Shown one piece after another: positions 57,392 to 64,000 of a stretch of 64,000 nt of DNA; positions within the stretch are counted from its first letter, which is position 1, and every line of letters starts with the position of its first letter. Source of the DNA: Blastocatellia bacterium. Lineage in GTDB: Bacteria; Acidobacteriota; Blastocatellia; UBA7656. Location: the NCBI GenBank assembly GCA_963765495.1, contig CAVXWP010000014.1, positions 54,952 through 118,951 of the forward strand, read 5' to 3'. The notes under the pieces are model-generated. The model had not been told where the DNA came from. It did no database searches and saw nothing but the letters and a program-made list of their open reading frames with translations. The translations under genes were made by a program, and so were the position numbers.

Positions 57392-57470
57392 CAGCGAAGA
57401 GGCTAGATGGGTTCCAGCCATCTAGCCTCTCGAAACTTCCACCGATTAAACGATGAAAGGATTGACCAAG

Positions 57471-57785
57471 ATGAAATCTAACACGACACCGACTGACATT
57501 CAATCACTCACGAACGACTTTTACCCGACCGCTTACAGCTTCCAACTTCAAGCGGAAGAACTGGCCACCGCAAACGCGGAAGATTTTGAAGGCTATTCCG
57601 AATGGTCAGAAGACATTGAAGCTATCCGGGTGGCAGAAGAAGAAACCAAAACTTGGGAACGCGCAACCCCTGTCACTTTAGATGATGGCGCACAGGTCTT
57701 AATCAAAAAGGCTTGCGAGCATCCGAAATGCCCGCTTTACAAATGCAATCGCTCGGACCTCCGAATAGGCGGTTTCGATATTTGA
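57471..57785 (+). CDS. Acidic hypothetical protein with a C-terminal Cys/His motif
   Basis: CEHPKCPLYKC; TGATG overlap with the next gene. Confidence 0.6.
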   Translation: MKSNTTPTDIQSLTNDFYPTAYSFQLQAEELATANAEDFEGYSEWSEDIEAIRVAEEETKTWERATPVTLDDGAQVLIKKACEHPKCPLYKCNRSDLRIGGFDI

Positions 57786-58063
57786 TGACTTGCTATCTAT
57801 GCAGTAAGGCAATCAAACCGGATGATGTAACGAACATGCATCATCCGGTTTACCGCTCTCAAGGTGGAGTTGCGACCAAGCCAACCCATCAAGGGTGTCA
57901 TATTGCCTACCATTCAGAGCAAGGCGATTTTCGAGCATTCGGCCGCATGGGTGGACAAATGAGCGCCACTACAAAGCGATGGTCATTCAATCTCAAGAAT
58001 GTAAAAGACCATCCGGCCTATGAACTGAGCAGACAATTTTATTTAGCGCACTACGCGCACTAA
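57785..58063 (+). CDS. Small HNH-like protein
   Basis: CYLC...MHHP..RSQGG...H..CH..YH. Confidence 0.65.
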   Translation: MTCYLCSKAIKPDDVTNMHHPVYRSQGGVATKPTHQGCHIAYHSEQGDFRAFGRMGGQMSATTKRWSFNLKNVKDHPAYELSRQFYLAHYAH

Positions 58064-58073
58064 TGGAGGATGC

Positions 58074-58352
58074 ATGAGCGAAGCAAGATTTTCACTTGGC
58101 AGGATGGTAGCAACACCGGGCGCACTGGAAGCACTCGCACAGACCGGCCAGGACGCATTTGAATTTATCCGCAGACATCAGCAAGGGGATTGGGGTTGCT
58201 TGTGCGATGAAGACAAGCAAGAAAACGAATTTTCAGTTGATAAGGATTTGCGGATTTTCTCAGCATACCTACTCAAAGACGAAACCAAAATTTGGGTAAT
58301 CACTGAATCGGATCGAAGCGCAACGACTGTGCTTTTACCCAGTGAATACTGA
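58074..58352 (+). CDS. Conserved small plasmid/ICE-associated protein
   Basis: FSLG..VATPGA...RH..GDWG...IWVITE.DRS.TTVLLPSEY; GGAGG RBS. Confidence 0.8.
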   Translation: MSEARFSLGRMVATPGALEALAQTGQDAFEFIRRHQQGDWGCLCDEDKQENEFSVDKDLRIFSAYLLKDETKIWVITESDRSATTVLLPSEY

Positions 58353-58399
58353 CCAGACCGGGGCAAGCTCGACTTGCCCCACACTCAGGAGATAAGACC

Positions 58400-58756
58400 A
58401 TGATTCATCAGATACCCGCACAAATCGAATCAAAGTGCCAAGAGCTAATCACCGACAGCGAAGACCTCGCGCAAGTTCGAGAGCAGATCAAAGATGCAGA
58501 GCTTGAGGCAATCTGCGAAACGGCCGACGCTCGCAACGATGAAGGAAAGGCGCTTTACACGAACGATAAAACACGCGAACGCGCAGCCCGGCAGAGCTTG
58601 AGAGCAGATACACAGTACACACGCGACAGAGAAACCGCCCGAATACTTGAGCGCCGCATTGCCTTGCTCAATGCTGAGATTGAAAGGCTACGCCGTGAAC
58701 TCAGGATTGCGATGATTGATTATGAGCGCGCCGAGTTAGGACAGCGCGCCGCATAG
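58400..58756 (+). CDS. Coiled-coil phage-like hypothetical protein
   Basis: AGGAG RBS; heptad-rich. Confidence 0.65.
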   Translation: MIHQIPAQIESKCQELITDSEDLAQVREQIKDAELEAICETADARNDEGKALYTNDKTRERAARQSLRADTQYTRDRETARILERRIALLNAEIERLRRELRIAMIDYERAELGQRAA

Positions 58757-58842
58757 TTAAAATTAAGGGCCGTGCACTCCGACAAAGAACCGCACGGCCC
58801 ACGATCCCGCGTGCTTTATCAGCGCGCAGAAAGGCAATCCAC

Positions 58843-59199
58843 ATGACAACAGAATCAAGCCAGGAGAATCAAGCCATCCTGTTTATGGATGATGAGAGCA
58901 GGCTTACTCGCCTTGATGGTCTGTCAGCGGAGAGCCGCGAAGCTTTAGCTGACCTGTTCATTGTATTGCGCCGAGGGATGAGGAAAGAAGGCTGCGGCTG
59001 GCAGGTAGTAGAAGCCGAGCTAGACCGATTCATCGAGTTGTTGTTTAGAGAGTCAGAAGCTTATAGCTTGGCGTTGAAGTTATATGCAGGCAGGTATGAA
59101 GTAATTGGCGGCAGGAATGCCGCCGACATTCTGCGCGAGGTAATAGAGAAATATATGCCTGACAGTGATGAACAAAGAGCAACAGATAATGGTCCATAA
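58843..59199 (+). CDS. Hypothetical protein
   Basis: 118-aa ORF co-directional with the element's operon. Confidence 0.55.
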   Translation: MTTESSQENQAILFMDDESRLTRLDGLSAESREALADLFIVLRRGMRKEGCGWQVVEAELDRFIELLFRESEAYSLALKLYAGRYEVIGGRNAADILREVIEKYMPDSDEQRATDNGP

Positions 59200-59466
59200 G
59201 GGTGAGTAGGCAGATGAATCATCTGGGGCGATGCGAGCGCCCTGCGTCACATTACGAGTAGATGGAAAGTGCATCCGCTGGAATGAGCAGTTAGCGGTCA
59301 ATCGGCTTCGCCGAAGTGTCTATGAAAGTAAGTCACGAATCCAAGGTGGAGAAAAATCGCTTCCTAATAAAATCAATACTTTACAGGTGTCTTACTTAGA
59401 AGGCCAGACTGTACCAGTAGTAATGTTCTCCTTAAAACTTTTAAACCCTAGTGATATTCTTGGGCT

Positions 59467-60583
59467 ATGCGAAAATGGCTCTCTGAGAATAAACAGTATC
59501 TAAAGGCTATTGTGTGGAGTCCTGGGTTAAAGTTTGTGTGGATAGTTTACGGACTCCTTGCCTTTATTGCTACCTTTATTGTTTGGGTGATCCCAACCCA
59601 AGATCAGCCAAGAATCGAGTATGTAAAGCTACTGACTTGGCGAGTCTGGATTGTTTTAATTCCAATATTGACTTTCATTTTAGTAGCTTTAGTAGTCAAT
59701 TCAGCAATTAAAGTAATTGCATCTCAAACATCTGAACCAATGTCCAAGGTTCTAGGGCCAGCACCAAATATTGTTTGTTTGGGTGATGATGATTTATTCG
59801 TTGACCTCGATAGACATGAAATTTTCCGAGAGGTTGCTCATCATGAGTATGCGCTCCGTGCTATCACCGTAAAATTCATTAACGAGCCGAACCCGCCTCA
59901 GAAAGTAGGAAGCGTAAGCAACGTTCAAGCACGCATTTTGTACTATAGGCCAGATTTTCCTGATAGGGTCGAACCAGAGGTCCACTATGCCTGCTGGCTG
60001 AACCAGGAATCTTCTTTTGTTTCATTCGATGTTAATAAAGTACATCATTTGATAATTGGAACATTTCAGTTAAATCCAGAAGGTGGTTATGCCAATTATT
60101 TTACGTTCTATGAGAATAACCTTGATACACGCAAGCCTTTGTCAAAGTGTATCTATCAGCATTGTGAAGGCTTTAGAGTGAAGGTGAAACTTGTTGCTGG
60201 CGAGCATGGTGAGTTTGGGCGCGAAGAAGATTTGAAATTGATATTAATGTCGGTCACGCTTTTAGCGTAGATTACTTGACAGAGGAAAGAAAAGAACAGA
60301 AAAAACAGCTTTTCATAAGCCAACTAAAAGAATCAGTTGCTAAAGGCGAAAGACTTTTCGCTCATTTGTCGCACCTGATTTGAGCGAGTTTTTCCGCCAC
60401 GCCCATAAATGGCGCAATAGTACAAGTGCATTTATCGAAGATTACCTAGGAGCACCTGCGTCATGGCGCTTCTGGTCCACTACTGACGTAAAGCATTATC
60501 CAAATGGCAATTCCGCCTTAGACGACTTTTACACGCAGTATTTGAATCTCAAGGAGATTGCTAAGGAGTATGGTGCTGATTGA
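59467..60583 (+). pseudogene. Low-GC membrane-anchored cargo protein with two apparent 1-bp deletions
   Basis: Adding one T at 60231-33 and one at 60365-67 joins ORFs 59467-60270 and 60380-60583 into one frame. Confidence 0.55.
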
Positions 60584-60719
60584 TACCATCAAGTTGAGAG
60601 AAATTCCTAACCCAGCGCAAGCCTAACGACGAGTTCAGCGGCGCTATGGCTTCCCCCATAACTAAGGCTGACTATGCCCACATTCCGGGAATGGGTGCAT
60701 CCTTAATGCCTTAAAGAAG

Positions 60720-61040
60720 CTAAAACCAATCTCTCAAAAGCAGGCTTCCTGCTATAACTATCCACACAGCCACAAATACATTAGCGAAAACCGATGTCTT
60801 GTCATCTTTCGGCAAAGACCCTTTAACAGCTAGCCAAGCAAAAAAGTTGGCAACCCCAGCAACTACGGCGGGGAAAGCAAGCAAGCCGAAAAACCGGCTG
60901 ATGAATTCAAGTATAAATCCTCTGGGTAAATTTGTTGGCATATATTGAAAAGTTACAAATATATTGAGAGCAAGAATCACTATAAACCAATGTGGGTGTT
61001 TACCTCTTGCTGGTCTTTCTGGTGCTGGTGCACTCGACAT
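60720..61040 (-). CDS. Small membrane protein (about 3 TM)
   Basis: AGGAG RBS and hydrophobic helices. Confidence 0.6.
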   Translation of the reverse strand: MSSAPAPERPARGKHPHWFIVILALNIFVTFQYMPTNLPRGFILEFISRFFGLLAFPAVVAGVANFFAWLAVKGSLPKDDKTSVFANVFVAVWIVIAGSLLLRDWF

Positions 61041-61083
61041 TACTAGGCTCCTTCACATTGCCGGAAAACTGTTAGCAAAGAAA

Positions 61084-62415
61084 CTATGTAATATGGGCTT
61101 GAAGGTAAATTCTAATCAAATCCAAATCTTCCTTTATTTCATCTATTGGTTTCCGCTCAACATAAAATAGATATTCTGTTTTGAATGTAACAGCTAGCCC
61201 AAAGGCGTATTCGTTGAGGTAAAGCATGTGGAGTTTGCCCCGTAACTCCAAAATAGTCTTTTTTGAATGCAGTAGTGTCTCAGTAGCCAGAGCGCCTATG
61301 CAAATGATCGCATGAGGTCTAACAGCCAGGATTTCTCGCAATATCAAAGGGCGATAGCTTTCAATTTCCTCATCTGAAAAATCGCGTTAGTCTGGCATCT
61401 CCCCTGTTGCTTCCATTTCCTCCCAATAATCATCAGGCCAGTCTCCGCGCTCGCTCTCCGGTTCGCATTTTATCACGTAACTCAGATAGCACTTCTCTCG
61501 CGGTATATTGATTGAGGCCAGCATCCGAGTCAGTATCTGCCCGCCCTTACTCTGGAAAGGCTCGCCCGATTCTATATCAGCACGGTATGGACTTTCGCCA
61601 ATTACCATGAGTTCTGCCTGCTCAGGACCAATCCCAAGAACTATTGGTCTATCGTTTTTTATTCGGCGCACCCATTGAAGATTTTATCAAGAGAGTCATC
61701 GGGCGGCACTTCGATATACCCATTGTACTGCACCGGCTCAGTTTGCCAAGCTGACTTTACCCAAATCCTGCAAGTCGGCAGCGCAGCAACTAGCCGGGCT
61801 ACTCCAAACTTACTGATGTGAGTATTCTCTATTCGTAACATCCTGAGCGATGTGAGTTTTTGGAGATGTATTAATCCTGCATCGGTTATTTGAGTCCCGA
61901 TAGGTCAAGAGCCTCTAATGCAACGTATCTCAGAAGATAAATTAACCCTCCATCTCCTATTTGCATATCGCATAGACTCAGGAAACGGAGAGATTTCATG
62001 CAACTCAAAATCAGCAGCGCATCGTCAGTGATACGCGCTTTTGAGAGAGATAAATGCCGCAATGATGTCAGCCCTTGTAAATATAACAAGCCAGCGTTAT
62101 TAACATCGAAGGCACACGGGAGCGAAAGTGATCTTAATCCTGTTAGCCCTTGAATACTCGATAATCTTGCCTCGTTGATCTGTGCGGGTTTAAAAAAGAG
62201 CACCTGTAGAGCGTCCGGCTTGAGTCTGGATAGAGCAAAAAAATCAACCGCCCCCATTTAAGATCAAGCCGTAGGGCTTTATCTATAGGAACGTGGATTC
62301 TTCCAATCGCTTCGCCAAACTCCTCCCAGGCTTCTCCATTAACATCACTGAGTTTCGACAAAAATAGAGTGCCCAATGACTCTTTTTCAGGAAAGTGGAC
62401 AATCCGGCCTTTCAT
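61084..62415 (-). pseudogene. LRR protein fused to a family-4 uracil-DNA glycosylase-like domain; three frameshifts and one stop
   Basis: LRR units (L..L.L....ITDDAL, ITDAGL) followed by VLGIG...VIGESP...GEPF...GQIL..ML...VIKC and EI.AVRP..I.CIG. Confidence 0.7.
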
Positions 62416-62495
62416 TCGTTTCTCAGAATAATCGGCTATGATTCCTCCCATATTGAGGTAGCCTTCAAAGATAGAGGTGATGAAAGTGTCACTGG

Positions 62496-62829
62496 CTAGC
62501 CGCTCGCTTGCGGGGCGGTTCTCCTTCTATCTCTCGGACAAAAAATAGAAACTATCATTAAAGCACCAGCCGCAACATCAATAATGGCCCAGGTCTTTCG
62601 GTCGAGCGCGACAGGAATTATAGGATTGAAGAGAGCGCAATAATACCCATTAACCATGTCCAAGCCTCTCGACTGGATTTATAAGCCTGCACAGCCGTAT
62701 AGATTGCAACAAGGCAAGTGATCCAGCGTAACAGAGTGTAGAACTATAAGGATTACGCTTTAAGGCCCAAAATAATAAGCCTGCGCTCGTGAGGCGTAAT
62801 AGTATTGAAAGAGTAAGATACTTTTTCAT
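62496..62829 (-). pseudogene. DUF6804-like small membrane protein with two apparent 1-bp deletions
   Basis: Reconstructed as NPYSFYTLLRWITC...IIALLFNPIIPV.LDRKTWAIID. Confidence 0.6.
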
Positions 62830-62966
62830 TATTGATCCTACTTTTGCTTTCTTCTATCAAACGCTTTACGCCTGTCTGCTCTTGCTTCCTCCTGGTAGAT
62901 TCTTTAGGCATATTTGTCAAATTCCTTATGCGTATATGCCCTCGATTCTATTTCAAAGAAAGCTGT

Positions 62967-63643
62967 TTAGTCGCCAGTCAAAGGCGATTCCTCCTTGGTA
63001 TTCGGACCCGCATCAGGTAGGGCTTTCTTGCGCCTGCTTAACAAGGTAATCATTACCAACACAATGATAGCCAGTAGTGCCCCTGGAATAATGACGGCTG
63101 GTAGATTTATTTCATCATCAGCCGCTTCGCTTCTTCCGCCGGGTCTCATTCTGGATGGAGGCTGGTAGTGGTGGCATATGTATTGTCGTGCTCTTCGACC
63201 CCCATAGATCAATGAACTTCTTGCCCCAGAAGGTATAGATTCCCAAGAGAAGAACCCCGACAAGTCCAATTATTAGGAGTGTCCTTTGTTTCTTATCTAC
63301 TCCTGTCTCTTGGTTATTAATGTCAAGTTCTGAGGAGGGAACCCCAATAGGTAGCCTCCATTGATGGCGATGCTGCTTTTCTTCCTCTTTCTTAACGTGG
63401 AACACCCATAGCAGGCCCGCAGTCGTGAAAATGATTAGTCCGATATATACGCCAAGTCTGACAAAATAACCTATACCACCTACTGCCCCCATTAAGGGGA
63501 GGTTGAAATATGAAATAGTGTCTTGCTAATTGCTCAATCCAGCCAGATGAATAAGGGTAGCCCTCTATAAATGGAGGGAAAAGAACCAAAATGACAATCC
63601 CAAACACCCCGCAAAGAAAGATGAATCGTTGAAGCCTTGTCAT
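62967..63643 (-). pseudogene. Membrane protein spread over three overlapping frames
   Basis: TM-bearing ORFs 63392-63643, 63118-63492 and 62967-63269 overlap successively. Confidence 0.4.
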
Positions 63644-64000
63644 ATTATCCTACATAGGCCAATTGGTGCGAAGTATTATCGAACGAGAAGAAGATATTCT
63701 AAGACGAAAATTACCTGATTATGGCAAGCCTGATATATCACAACGTAAAGACAATTTCAATGAATTTCAATCTCTCGGCATAATGAGGGTCGAGGTCGAA
63801 GAATATTCAAACAGGATTGATATGTTGATAGCATGCAATCCCAGTTATTTTGCCCTATAAGACGCCAGAATCGTTTATACGCACGTTTCTATTCAGACAA
63901 CCGACATATCGGACTTGTGCAGGATCGGTTCAAATAAGCACGAATGCGCCCCGCGTGGCTACTTAGGAGAAAGCCCGGCAAGCATGACAGCCCTACTTAC

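Larger units (their letters stand above)
55303..64000. mobile_element. Integrative element (prophage, satellite or IME-like) at tRNA-Thr; other end outside the window
   Basis: att core, integrase, XRE repressor, divergent small ORFs and a GC drop. No structural or conjugation genes visible. Confidence 0.85.

Noticed and set aside
63663-63860. 65-aa ORF near the window end
   Set aside because: No RBS or motif, and it lies in the indel-rich region.
1-64000. CRISPR array or rRNA
   Set aside because: No regularly spaced 23-47 bp repeats with unique spacers, no cas genes and no rRNA-like sequence were seen.

Overview
Chromosomal window of roughly 55-60% GC; gene content (Oar-like TonB receptor, futalosine pathway, lipA-lnt-prfB synteny, Tes-like radical SAM) suggests an Acidobacteriota genome (inference). 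Bases 1-55.2 kb carry housekeeping and envelope genes (two parvulin PPIases, nadA, mqnA, ftsK, an M16 peptidase, prfB with its programmed +1 frameshift, nfeD/slipin, ftcd/fchA, rtcB) and a block of secreted catabolic-type enzymes. From 55.2 kb to the end is a lower-GC integrative element inserted at tRNA-Thr(CGT). Main findings: (1) the Tes/GDGT-MAS-like radical SAM gene (48639-50765) switches from almost all pyrimidine-ending to almost all purine-ending synonymous codons, and the switch is largely confined to that CDS; (2) it is paired with a second radical SAM gene as a candidate membrane-spanning lipid module; (3) six DnaA boxes cluster between ftsK and mqnA with no dnaA in the window; (4) lipA and lnt form one in-frame ORF; (5) a small ribbon-helix-helix gene with a candidate operator is coupled to nadA; (6) the att core is tandemly duplicated; (7) the island holds a broken LRR-UDG-like fusion and an unannotated 42-aa peptide with an SSB-like tail. 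The last 4 kb has many single-base indels and may be low-quality sequence. All calls come from reading motifs by eye; no database searches were run.
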